In this document: positions 20,180-29,948 of the stretch, in pieces | Layout of the letters: every line of letters begins with the position of its first letter | How positions within the stretch are numbered: the stretch's first letter is position 1 | Sequence record: SRR31156797_5909 | DNA: 64,000 bases | Direction: 5' to 3' (one strand) | Translations under genes and position numbers: made by a program | Notes under the pieces: generated by a model | What the model was told of the DNA's origin: nothing | Database searches by the model: none | What the model saw: the letters and a program-made list of their open reading frames with translations, nothing else

Positions 20180-23100
20180 TTAAAATCCAACATTAAGCGA
20201 GAATCCGTAAGTTCTGGTTGCAGGAACTGGAGAGAAATCAAAGGCTTGTGCAGCATATTGAGTACTATAAGCACTTGCATCTGGCGCAGTTCCCGGAGTA
20301 TCTTTATAGAAATAGAATAAGTTTCTACCTACCAATGAAACTCGAGCAGATTTAATTGGATTATGAGGAATTTTACTCAAAATTGATTTTGGAAGATTGT
20401 AACCTACAGCTAATTCTTTTAATTTCATATGAGAGGCATCATAAATGAATTCCTCATCAACTTTAGACAATTGTCTCCAATATTCTTCAGCTGAAATAAT
20501 AGTGGTATTTGAACCTCCATCCATGGTAACTCCATCTGCAAATAAAGCAATACGATTGTTCGCATTAGTTCTTTCAGCAGTACCGGCACTTACAGCACTT
20601 CTTTCTGATGAAGAAAGAATATCTCCACCTTGCTGAATAGAAACTAAAGCTGACATATATAATCCTTTATAATCAACACTCAAGTTAATGGATCCGGTCC
20701 AATCTGGTTGTAAATTACCAATTACATGATTATCTCCCTGCGCTGTAGTCATTAAACCGTTCTCATCAATAATAATATCACCATTTTCATTGCGATCATA
20801 TATACTACCAACAATTTGACCAAGATCCTGTTTTAAATACGAGTAAACTCCCATTCCATGATCAACTCTAGGTACTTCATCTCTAAGTTTCTCAAGTGTA
20901 CCTTTATTCTTTGCAAAGTTGAAATTAAGTCCAACTGTTAAATCATTGGTTTTAACAGGTACAGTAGATACCATTACTTCAAACCCCTTATTTAAAACTT
21001 CACCAATATTTGATAAAATTTCTGAATACCCAGTACTCTGAACAGCTTCTAAGTATCCAATTTGATTCTTCGTTACCTCATTATAATAGGTAAAATCAAT
21101 TCCTATTCTATTCTGGAACATTCTTAAATCAAAACCAATCTCATAAGAATCTGATTCCTCCGGCTTAAGACCTTGTTGAACTCCTTGTTCTGGCACATTT
21201 CCAGTAGAAAGGTTATAATTCCAATTTCCAATAGTAAATGCTTGACCTGCTGCCAAGTAAGGATCTGTAGCTTTTCCTAACCTTGCCCAAGATGTTCTCA
21301 CTTTTGCAAAAGAAATCCACTCAGGCAACTCAACCATATCAGAAACTAAAGCACTTAAACTAATCGAAGGATAAAAATATCCATTATCCATATCAATAGT
21401 TTTCGAAGTTAAAGTAGAAGACCAATCCTTACGAGCTGTAAAATCAAGGAACAACATATTCTTATATGCTACCTGACCAAATCCATAAATTGAACGTACT
21501 TCTTTTTTCGTTATTCTTTCTGCTGATTTTATATTTGATCCTGCTCCTAAAAAGAAATCATTCTCAGAAGTCAATCTACCTGATGTTGAAGACAATTCCT
21601 TAGTTCTACTTTTCATACTATTAGCTCCAAGATTCAAACCAATAGTAAAATCTTCATTAACCTCTTTGTTATAGCTTAATAAAAATTCATAATTCTCCTC
21701 TTTAAAGTTCAATTGAGATGGATTATAGTTTGGTCTACTCGCATCTACATTATCAGCATATAAATAGCCTTCTAATGCTTCAAAACTATAGTTGTCCATA
21801 CCATATTTAAACTTCGCTTTTAAGTCAGAAGTTAATTTTATATTAGCTGCTACATAACCAAAAGTTCTATTCTTTTCATCCTTATTGGTTGTTTGAGCTT
21901 GAAGAAAATATGGATTTCTATAATTTGCATTTGCTGTAGTATACAAGTTCTCAACATGCTGTCCTCCAACAATAGTATAACCCGGATCTAAATCTTGATT
22001 ACGGATATTCATAGGCATGCTATTGAAATAAGAGACGTAACTATAATTTCCTATTTCAGGTCGCTCATTACCCTTTGTATTAAAGAATGAGATTTTAGTA
22101 TCTACATTTAACCACTTATTAATATCGTAATCAGCTCTTAAATCAAAGGTTAATTTTTCTACCTTATGATCTTCATAAATCCCATTCAAGATATCTTTAC
22201 CCAGTGAAACACGATAAGCCCCATCGTCATTCCCACCTGTAAATGCAATACTATGCTTTTGATTTGTCCCAGTTCTCGTAAAATCTTTTAAACGATCTTT
22301 TTGAGCTTCATAAGCTATAGTTTCACCTGTCCACGATTCTAACATTTGACCGTTCATTTCCGGTCCCCAAGATGCTGTCGAATTTTTATCGTATGCTCCG
22401 TTATTTCCCTGACCATATCGATTTTGTAGATCAAGCATATAAGCAGCTTCCGAAATAGTATAACTTCCCGAGTAAGAAATACCTAATCCATTACCTCTAG
22501 TTCCTTTTTTAGTGGTAACCAATACGACACCATTACCTCCACGCTCACCATAAAGAGCAGCAGCATTAGGTCCTTTCAAAATCGAAACTGATTCAATATC
22601 CTCTGGATTTAAATCAAATGCACCACCTGCACGAGATGTTCCTCCCCAAATATCTCCATCGCGACTATTTCCATTACTAAAAGGCACACCATCAACAACC
22701 CATAATGGCTCATCATTTCCAAGTAATGAACTAGATCCACGGATATCAATTCTAGATGTACCTCCAACACCTCCACCAGACTGGCTAATTTGTACACCAG
22801 CAACTTTACCTTGCAAAGATGTAGCTAAATCTGAACTACCTGTTTGAGTTAGAGTTTCAGATTTTACATCTTGAACTGCATAACCGATAGCTTTCTTTTC
22901 TCTTTTAATACCTAAAGCAGTAACGATAACTTCGTCTACTTGTAGAGCATCAGCTGCCATAACAACATTAATTACTGATTGCGAACCAACCGTAATTTCT
23001 TGCGTTGTCATACCAACAAAACTAAAAACCAAGATTCCTGAATCGTCAACAGCGATTTCAAAATTTCCTTCAACATCTGTTACTGTCCCAACAGTAGTAC

Positions 23101-23338
23101 CTTTTACAACAACAGATACACCAGGCAATGACATTCCTGATTCTTCAGTTACCGTACCCGTAACAGTTTTTTGCACAGCAATTGCTGAATTGTCATCGGA
23201 CACTTTGTCAACGTTTGCATTTGCAGCCAATGGTAGAACCATTACAGCAAACATTAACGCTAAACTTCCAATCTTCCTTCCAAAGCTTAATGGGTTGGCT
23301 AAGCTTGAATGAAGATTTCGTAAATAGCATTTCTTCAT
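20180..23338 (-). CDS. susC: SusC/RagA-family TonB-dependent transporter
   Basis: Carboxypeptidase-regulatory-like N-domain; VTALGI, PLWVVDG, DIESVSILKG.AAALYG plug; C-terminal LNVGF. Confidence 0.96.
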   Translation of the reverse strand: MKKCYLRNLHSSLANPLSFGRKIGSLALMFAVMVLPLAANANVDKVSDDNSAIAVQKTVTGTVTEESGMSLPGVSVVVKGTTVGTVTDVEGNFEIAVDDSGILVFSFVGMTTQEITVGSQSVINVVMAADALQVDEVIVTALGIKREKKAIGYAVQDVKSETLTQTGSSDLATSLQGKVAGVQISQSGGGVGGTSRIDIRGSSSLLGNDEPLWVVDGVPFSNGNSRDGDIWGGTSRAGGAFDLNPEDIESVSILKGPNAAALYGERGGNGVVLVTTKKGTRGNGLGISYSGSYTISEAAYMLDLQNRYGQGNNGAYDKNSTASWGPEMNGQMLESWTGETIAYEAQKDRLKDFTRTGTNQKHSIAFTGGNDDGAYRVSLGKDILNGIYEDHKVEKLTFDLRADYDINKWLNVDTKISFFNTKGNERPEIGNYSYVSYFNSMPMNIRNQDLDPGYTIVGGQHVENLYTTANANYRNPYFLQAQTTNKDEKNRTFGYVAANIKLTSDLKAKFKYGMDNYSFEALEGYLYADNVDASRPNYNPSQLNFKEENYEFLLSYNKEVNEDFTIGLNLGANSMKSRTKELSSTSGRLTSENDFFLGAGSNIKSAERITKKEVRSIYGFGQVAYKNMLFLDFTARKDWSSTLTSKTIDMDNGYFYPSISLSALVSDMVELPEWISFAKVRTSWARLGKATDPYLAAGQAFTIGNWNYNLSTGNVPEQGVQQGLKPEESDSYEIGFDLRMFQNRIGIDFTYYNEVTKNQIGYLEAVQSTGYSEILSNIGEVLNKGFEVMVSTVPVKTNDLTVGLNFNFAKNKGTLEKLRDEVPRVDHGMGVYSYLKQDLGQIVGSIYDRNENGDIIIDENGLMTTAQGDNHVIGNLQPDWTGSINLSVDYKGLYMSALVSIQQGGDILSSSERSAVSAGTAERTNANNRIALFADGVTMDGGSNTTIISAEEYWRQLSKVDEEFIYDASHMKLKELAVGYNLPKSILSKIPHNPIKSARVSLVGRNLFYFYKDTPGTAPDASAYSTQYAAQAFDFSPVPATRTYGFSLNVGF

Positions 23339-23407
23339 AGTTAGTAATTATTAATTATACAATGAACAAAAAAATCATGTGAATTTTTTCTGAAACCAAT
23401 ATTAGCG

Positions 23408-23467
23408 CAAACGTATTAATTCACGATTAATATTGAATTAATGCAACTGATTAAAGCATTAATCAAA
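23408..23467 (-). promoter_or_regulatory. susC promoter: -7 box TACGTTTG plus 11-bp-phased ATTAAT repeats (copy B)
   Basis: CAAACGTA at 23408-23415 is TAnnTTTG on the minus strand; ATTAAT at 23415, 23426 and 23437; no TTTG at the expected -33 position. Confidence 0.65.
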
Positions 23468-23713
23468 CCCTACAGAGCTGATCATTTGCGTATTACGAGG
23501 AATTAATATTTTTTAACGTTTTAAGTCAGAATCTTACAAGAGCATACTTTAACCTATGCATTTGGGAATATGAATGCATGCAAAGAAATCAGAATTAAAA
23601 ATAATTTTATAAATCATTTATTACAGTATTTTGATTTTACCGAAAAGCCAGTATTTATAGAGGTTTTATCACTATTTTTAGTCCATGAATTTTATAGTCT
23701 ACAAAGAATTAGA

Positions 23714-23721
23714 TATATTTG
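23714..23721 (+). promoter_or_regulatory. Bacteroidota -7 promoter box for the regulator gene
   Basis: TATATTTG matches TAnnTTTG, 46 nt before the ATG. Confidence 0.55.
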
Positions 23722-23767
23722 ATTCTTACAACTTTTTTTAATTATTAACCTAGCCTCTTTAGAAGTA

Positions 23768-26293
23768 ATGCGATTAATTAATTGCTTAATAATCCTACTA
23801 TTATTCATATCCGATCTTTACGCCGATCATGGTATTTATTTCAAATCCAATGAAGTAAGCAAAGAAAGTAGAACTGGAATTGATTTAACTCACCAAAATA
23901 ATATTTCTTACTCTTCAGAATTTACAATTCACTTTCAAATCTCATTTCGAGAAACAGAAACACACTATGGAGATATTTTGTCCCTTAAAGAATCAAAAAG
24001 CAACAATTTAATTCAGGTAAACTTTAGGTCTCCTGATCTTTTTGTGATACACAACAAACGCGAAACGAAATTCCATATTAACCTTGAAGAATTAAATATC
24101 CCAAACAACCGTTGGGTTGATTTTGAGTTACATATTGATGCTATTAATCGTCAAATTAATCTCAAATTCGGAAATAAAACTCTTCAATCATCAATACAAT
24201 TTGAACAAAACTCTGATTTTGCTCTTTCATTAGGAGTTATAAGTAAATATGGGTTTTTCATTGATGAAGTTCCTTCAATTTCTATAAAAGATTTAGGCAT
24301 AAGAATCGACGGATCTCCAAAACATCTTTGGCCCTTTAAAAAAACTTCAAAAAAGATATTAAGAGATGTTTTATCGAGCAGAACAGCTAAATTATATAAT
24401 CCTGACTGGGTTGTAGATTATCACAATAAGTGGGCTAAAATAAACAGTTTCTCTTTTGACAGAGTTACTGCTATCGCATATAACGAAAAAACAGAATCTA
24501 TTGATTTTATACAATTTAACGGTAAAATTACCTCTTACAACTTAGAAAGCAAAACACTAATTAATAAAACAGAAAATGTAGGATTTCCATCTCTTGAAAG
24601 TTCGCAACAAACCATTTATGACATTAACAACCAGTTAACCAGTTACAGTTTTAATAAAGATAAAATATCAAAATATTTCCCTGAAAACCAACAATGGGCT
24701 AATAACATTGAATGTAGTGAGGATGATGTTCCAAAATTTTGGCATCACAACAAACTAATTCACCCAATTACCAACCAAATAACTACACTTTGTGGCTATG
24801 GTTACTACTCATACTACAATCTTATTCAATCTTTTGATGAACAAAAGCAATCCTGGCAAAAACTTACATTTGCTGGAGACACCATTGAACCAAGATATTT
24901 AGCATCATTTGGTCTTGGCAATCAAGATCCTTCAATTGGTTATCTATTTGGAGGATTGGGTAATTCAATGGGTAAACAGATTTTAGGTAAAGAGTTTTAT
25001 GCTGATCTTTATAAAATTGATTTTAAAAATAAAACCATTGAAGAGTTATGGGATTACAAATGCGATGATCAATTTCAGCAATTACCTGTAAATTCTTTAA
25101 AAATTACCAAAAACGATAGTAGTTTCTACACCTTAATGTATCCATCGAAAAAACGCAATACTTACTTAAAAGCCGTTAAAGGATATATTAATGAACCTAA
25201 ATTAGTATTTATTGGAGATAGCATACCTTATAACTTTTTTGATATTGAGTCATTTGCTGACCTATATTATTGGGAGAGTGAGAATAAACTTATCGCCTTA
25301 ACATCCCATAAAGATAGCTTGGGAAAATACCAGGTTGAATTGTATTCTATAAGTTATGAACCCGGAAATCAGGATGACTTTAATATTAATAAAATATCAC
25401 TACCTCTACCTGTTAAATTATTCTATATACTTTTAGCAGCTTGCGTTATTTCCGTACTACTTGTTATTAGAAAGAGAATATTAAAAGCTAAACGAGTTGA
25501 GAGCGAAAAGAAGTACTACATTGCATCTGAAACAATTGATGATACGGAGATTTCTGACTACCAGGTTCCAAAATCAAAATCGATTCTTCTATTTGGTGGT
25601 TTTCAAGTATTTGACGACAAGGAAAGAGATATTACATACCGCTTTAGCCCTACCCTTAAAGAATTATTCCTGTTAATTCTATTAAATACTATGAATGAAG
25701 GTAAAGGTATTTCATCTAAAAGAATTCAGGAATATTTATGGCCAGACAAACCCGAGAACAAGGCAAAAAACAATCGAGGTGTAAATATTAAAAAACTAAG
25801 AGGTATTCTTGAGGATATATCAGGAATGGAGGTTCTTTTTGATAACAATTATTGGAAAATTGAATATTCAGAGGATACTTTTTTTGATGTGGACTTTATC
25901 CAAAAGAATCTACAACAAATTAAAGAAACTGGAAATAAAGAAAACCTTGATAAAATTATTACAGTTTTAAGAAATGGTACCATGCTTAGAGATATTTTTC
26001 CCGAATGGTTAGATTCATTTAAAGATAAAATTACTGGATTAATTGTAAATTCACTAGAGGAGATTGTAAAAGATCCGGACAACAATAAAACGATAAATTT
26101 AGCTTTATCTAATGTTATTTTTGAGTTTGATGAAATGAACGAAGCCGCTTTAAAACTTAAATGTTGTATTTTATCGGAACAAGGCAAGCATAGCTTGGCT
26201 ATTGAAACCTATGAGCATTATCGAAAGTTATATCAAAAATACTATAATGAGGAGTACCAATACTCTTTTAAAGACTTAGTATCAAAGGAATAG
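23768..26293 (+). CDS. Membrane-anchored PUL regulator (periplasmic LamG/kelch sensor, TM helix, cytoplasmic SARP/OmpR-like winged helix plus BTAD-like region)
   Basis: Signal peptide; kelch-like CGYG and YLFGG; one TM helix; LLFGGFQV..LKELF..LWPDK..AKNNRGVNIKKLR; helical C-terminus; divergent from susC. Confidence 0.8.
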   Translation: MRLINCLIILLLFISDLYADHGIYFKSNEVSKESRTGIDLTHQNNISYSSEFTIHFQISFRETETHYGDILSLKESKSNNLIQVNFRSPDLFVIHNKRETKFHINLEELNIPNNRWVDFELHIDAINRQINLKFGNKTLQSSIQFEQNSDFALSLGVISKYGFFIDEVPSISIKDLGIRIDGSPKHLWPFKKTSKKILRDVLSSRTAKLYNPDWVVDYHNKWAKINSFSFDRVTAIAYNEKTESIDFIQFNGKITSYNLESKTLINKTENVGFPSLESSQQTIYDINNQLTSYSFNKDKISKYFPENQQWANNIECSEDDVPKFWHHNKLIHPITNQITTLCGYGYYSYYNLIQSFDEQKQSWQKLTFAGDTIEPRYLASFGLGNQDPSIGYLFGGLGNSMGKQILGKEFYADLYKIDFKNKTIEELWDYKCDDQFQQLPVNSLKITKNDSSFYTLMYPSKKRNTYLKAVKGYINEPKLVFIGDSIPYNFFDIESFADLYYWESENKLIALTSHKDSLGKYQVELYSISYEPGNQDDFNINKISLPLPVKLFYILLAACVISVLLVIRKRILKAKRVESEKKYYIASETIDDTEISDYQVPKSKSILLFGGFQVFDDKERDITYRFSPTLKELFLLILLNTMNEGKGISSKRIQEYLWPDKPENKAKNNRGVNIKKLRGILEDISGMEVLFDNNYWKIEYSEDTFFDVDFIQKNLQQIKETGNKENLDKIITVLRNGTMLRDIFPEWLDSFKDKITGLIVNSLEEIVKDPDNNKTINLALSNVIFEFDEMNEAALKLKCCILSEQGKHSLAIETYEHYRKLYQKYYNEEYQYSFKDLVSKE

Positions 26294-26312
26294 AATCTAA
26301 ATAATACCAATT

Positions 26313-26349
26313 AAAAAGCTCTGAGCATAATACTCAGAGCTTTTTTTTT
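26313..26349. terminator. Bidirectional intrinsic terminator
   Basis: AAAAAGCTCTGAG/CTCAGAGCTTTTTTTTT between convergent genes. Confidence 0.85.
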
Positions 26350-26391
26350 GACTAATCTAAACTAATTTAAATCGAACTTAAAGTTGATTTT

Positions 26392-26428
26392 AAAACCCGG
26401 AAAGGGCGCTTTCGCATCCCAATCCGGA
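26392..26428 (-). terminator. Stem-loop after the ROK gene
   Basis: Minus strand CCGGA..GGGA-TGC-GAAA-GCG-CCC..TCCGG followed by GTTTT. Confidence 0.55.
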
Positions 26429-26439
26429 TCACACTACTA

Positions 26440-27537
26440 CTACAAATTCTTTAATGCATACGCATAAGCACCAATTCCAATAGCTTTACTAGCTCCTAAC
26501 TTGCTTGAGCAAACTGCCAGCCTAGGACTTGGATCATATTTTATGGTTTTATCTGTACCAGGAATCGAAATTTCTTGTGATCGATCTGCTGCAAAATCTG
26601 CAAACTCATCTTCCTTATCAATATTATAAACTTTCTGTACCAATCTTGGAAGCGATTCTCCCGTCGATGTATAGCACTTTCCATTCATTTCCTTAAGCGC
26701 TGCTGGCATATATAATGCATGAGCACCCGTCAATCCACCTCCAATAACAGCTACTCCATCTGTAATGGTCAAAAGATTCGCTAAACTATCTCCCAAGCAC
26801 TTACCAAATATTCTAAACGATTCCAATGCTGCTTCCTGATCTGTATTCTGATCATCTATTGCAACATCATAAACATCTTTTGGCATTAAATCTGTAGAAT
26901 AACTACCTGAGGCTCTCTCTAAAAACTCTCTTTGGATGGCTCTTGTACTTATTCCTTCTTCAGCAAATCTTTCAGGAAACAAACGTGAACTTGTCAACCA
27001 AACTTCCGTTGCGATAGAATTATCACCAATAAATAATTCGTCATTATGCACTAAACCACCACCAAAACCGGTTCCTAATGTTACACCTACTAAATTGCGA
27101 TATCTTTTAGGACTATTTTGAGCTTCAAGTCTTTTGTTAATTTCTGGTAAAACTCCTCCTAAGGCTTCGCCATAAGCAAACAAATCGCCATCGTTATTAA
27201 TAAATACCGGCATGTTAAAATGTGCCTGAAGCATTGGACCTAACGCTACCCCGCCTCTAAATGCAGGTAAATTTGGTAAATCGCCAATAATTCCATTTTT
27301 ATAATCTGCTGGTCCAGGGAAAGCGAAGCTAATAGCAACTGGTTTCTCATTTAAAATATCCAACACCTGCTTAAATCCATCAATAATAGTTTTCAAACAT
27401 AAATCCAATTGATCTGCATTTGAAGGCTTTCTGATCGGTTCAACAACTTCTTCCCCACTTTTCATCGCTGAAAAAACAAAGTTTGTTCCTCCTGCATCAA
27501 GAGTCAATACAACTCTTTCGTCGTTCCAAATATTCAT
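26440..27537 (-). CDS. ROK family sugar kinase (RokA-like hexokinase)
   Basis: LTLDAGGT, AFPGP, INNDGD and TLGTGFGGG motifs; no HTH; probable start MNIWND at 27537. Confidence 0.88.
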   Translation of the reverse strand: MNIWNDERVVLTLDAGGTNFVFSAMKSGEEVVEPIRKPSNADQLDLCLKTIIDGFKQVLDILNEKPVAISFAFPGPADYKNGIIGDLPNLPAFRGGVALGPMLQAHFNMPVFINNDGDLFAYGEALGGVLPEINKRLEAQNSPKRYRNLVGVTLGTGFGGGLVHNDELFIGDNSIATEVWLTSSRLFPERFAEEGISTRAIQREFLERASGSYSTDLMPKDVYDVAIDDQNTDQEAALESFRIFGKCLGDSLANLLTITDGVAVIGGGLTGAHALYMPAALKEMNGKCYTSTGESLPRLVQKVYNIDKEDEFADFAADRSQEISIPGTDKTIKYDPSPRLAVCSSKLGASKAIGIGAYAYALKNL

Positions 27538-27544
27538 GATTCTG

Positions 27545-28699
27545 TTACTTTCTTTTATAAAATGACAATGCGAAAATGTATCCAATACATACTAAGGTGA
27601 CAACAAAACCAGCCATTAACGAAAAAATATCTGCTACAGCACCAAAAATAACCGGTACAAATGCACCACCAATAATAGCAGTAACCATTAAACCAGAAAT
27701 TTCATTACTTCTTTCCGGCATAGCATCAATTGTTATTGAAAATACTAATGGAAAAATATTCGCAAAACCAAGACCTATAATAAAAATAGCTACGAAACCT
27801 AAGACTGAGGTTGTTGCAAAATATAATCCCGCAATTCCAACCAAAGCTAATAATGTCGTTATCTTCAAGAACTTAGAAGGGGTCATCCAATTTAAAATTA
27901 TACCTCCTAAAAATCTTCCTGTCATTAAAGCCAAAAAGAAAAATAATGTTCCCCAAAGACCTAATTCTTTAATATCGAAATTAAATTTATGCTCCAAATA
28001 ATTAGGTAATTTCGCACTCATACTCACTTCTGCTCCAACATATAGGAAGATAGCTAATACCATAAAGAAAACATATGGATTTTTCAATAAAGCCAAAACG
28101 GAACCAAAAGATGCAGGCGAAGCTGAATCATCCTTCTTTTCATCAACCTTCACTATGTATAAATAAATTGCTGCGATTAGTAAAATTGCCGAATAAATTG
28201 GGAATAAAATTTTCCAATCTAGTCCCCAATATTTAGCTGCTAACAATGGAATCAATGCACCAGATAAAGAACCAATTGCTTTAAAAAACTGTCCAAATGA
28301 TAAATTTCTTGAGTATTTCCCTTCAGGAGATACATCACGCATAATAGGGTTTCCGGCAACTTGTAATAAAGTTGCACCTGTACCTAATAATAATAAGGAT
28401 GCTAATAATAATCCGAACGATGAGAAATTACCAATAATTGGTAAAACTAAACCTGCCAGAGCTGCTAACATACCTAAAAGTAAAACAAACTTTTTCCCTT
28501 TTCTATCCTGGTATAATCCCATTGGCACTGATAACAAACCAAACATGATAAATCCCATGAATGTAACCAAACCTGCCATTAGATTACTTAGTTCGTATTC
28601 ACTTTGTAATTGACTTGTTAATGGTCCTACTACATCACCAAATCCCATACATAAAAACGCCAGAAATATTGGCCCGGATTTCAAATAATTATTTTTCAT
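27545..28699 (-). CDS. MFS sugar permease (FucP/GluP-like)
   Basis: About 12 TM segments; LQVAGNP, FLYVGAE and GGAFVP motifs. Confidence 0.88.
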   Translation of the reverse strand: MKNNYLKSGPIFLAFLCMGFGDVVGPLTSQLQSEYELSNLMAGLVTFMGFIMFGLLSVPMGLYQDRKGKKFVLLLGMLAALAGLVLPIIGNFSSFGLLLASLLLLGTGATLLQVAGNPIMRDVSPEGKYSRNLSFGQFFKAIGSLSGALIPLLAAKYWGLDWKILFPIYSAILLIAAIYLYIVKVDEKKDDSASPASFGSVLALLKNPYVFFMVLAIFLYVGAEVSMSAKLPNYLEHKFNFDIKELGLWGTLFFFLALMTGRFLGGIILNWMTPSKFLKITTLLALVGIAGLYFATTSVLGFVAIFIIGLGFANIFPLVFSITIDAMPERSNEISGLMVTAIIGGAFVPVIFGAVADIFSLMAGFVVTLVCIGYIFALSFYKRK

Positions 28700-28713
28700 T
28701 GTCAATTGTTAAT

Positions 28714-29709
28714 TTAACGTTCTATTAATTTAGGTTTCAATTCAATTCTTTTAATCGTTCTATCACTCGATTGCATAAATTCTTCTAAAATACTAACCGT
28801 GTGTTGTGCTATTTTATCAATAGGCTGAGCTACTGATGTAACAATTGGTAATGAATAATCAAACAAATCGAGATTATCAAAACTGACAAACTTCATTCGA
28901 TTTAGATTCTCTTTGTAATGTACATTCATCAACCAAATGGCATGAGCTGTTATCTGGTTATTGGTAAACACAATTGCGTCAACATTTTCATCTATAAGAT
29001 ACTCCAGTTGCTTTTGAGAACTTTCCTTTAGGTTGTTACTATCAACAATTCTGATTAAATTTTCATCTATTTTAATATTGTTATCCTGGAGGGCTTGTCT
29101 GTATCCATCGATTCTTAACTTTAAGGAATAAACATCAGGCGTAATAGACAATAATCCTATTTTCCTTGCCTCTTTATCTATCACCTTCTGCACAGCAGAT
29201 TGCATAGATTTTTTATTCTCAACCAATATATAGTTTCCGCAAAAATCGGGATGTTCCCTATCAAAAAATACCATTGGAAAGCGCTGTGCTTCCAATGTTT
29301 TTAACATTCCTAAATTCTCAAATGAAGATGCCAGAATTAAACCATCCACTTGGCGATTTACAAACATATTTAAGAGTGAGTCTTCTTTTTCTTGCTTCTC
29401 GTCCGTACTTCCAATTATTAAATGATATCCCTTCTCTGCAAGTAAATCTTCTATTAAACGACCAATTTTTGCATAAAATGGATTGGAAATATCAGGAACC
29501 AAATAGCCAATTGTATTGGTTTTTCCTTTTTTTAAACTCTTGGCAATTTGATTCGGTTGGTAGTTAACCTCACGAACATAGTCTAAAATTTTCTCTTGAG
29601 TTTTTTTACTAATATTCTTCTCATCACCCTTATTATTAAGGACAAATGATACTGTAGTTTTAGAAAAACCCAGTTCCTGTGCGATATCTTTTATTGATTT
29701 CTTTTTCAA
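28714..29709 (-). CDS. LacI family transcriptional regulator (TTG start)
   Basis: IKDIAQELGFSKTTVSFVLN HTH; YQPN.IAKSL hinge; periplasmic-binding-like effector domain. Confidence 0.93.
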   Translation of the reverse strand: MKKKSIKDIAQELGFSKTTVSFVLNNKGDEKNISKKTQEKILDYVREVNYQPNQIAKSLKKGKTNTIGYLVPDISNPFYAKIGRLIEDLLAEKGYHLIIGSTDEKQEKEDSLLNMFVNRQVDGLILASSFENLGMLKTLEAQRFPMVFFDREHPDFCGNYILVENKKSMQSAVQKVIDKEARKIGLLSITPDVYSLKLRIDGYRQALQDNNIKIDENLIRIVDSNNLKESSQKQLEYLIDENVDAIVFTNNQITAHAIWLMNVHYKENLNRMKFVSFDNLDLFDYSLPIVTSVAQPIDKIAQHTVSILEEFMQSSDRTIKRIELKPKLIER

Positions 29710-29723
29710 TGCTTTCCTTTTAC

Positions 29724-29757
29724 TAAATCGGTTTACTAAATCGATTTATCAAAAGTA
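29724..29757 (-). promoter_or_regulatory. Tandem LacI-type operators next to the -7 box of the lacI-MFS-ROK operon
   Basis: TAAATCGGTTTA (29724-29735), perfect palindrome TAAATCGATTTA (29737-29748), and CAAAAGTA (29750-29757), which is TACTTTTG on the minus strand. Confidence 0.75.
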
Positions 29758-29889
29758 TGACATTTTTTTATAATTAAAAAATGAAATTTACGATTAGAAA
29801 TAGCTAAACTAGTTTATACCCGGAAACAATAAGAAACATTTAAAATGTCCCAAGTTCTCTGATTATTCCTTTGTATTCCTAAAATTCCG

Positions 29890-29897
29890 TACTTTTG
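29890..29897 (+). promoter_or_regulatory. -7 promoter box for proC
   Basis: TACTTTTG matches TAnnTTTG. Confidence 0.55.
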
Positions 29898-29948
29898 CTT
29901 ACCAGTAATCACACCACATAATTATTTACAACAGAATTAATAAAAAAT

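Noticed and set aside
23768-26293. Hybrid two-component system or galactose oxidase
   Set aside because: No histidine kinase, receiver or AraC domain; the kelch-like repeats precede a TM helix and a DNA-binding-type domain.
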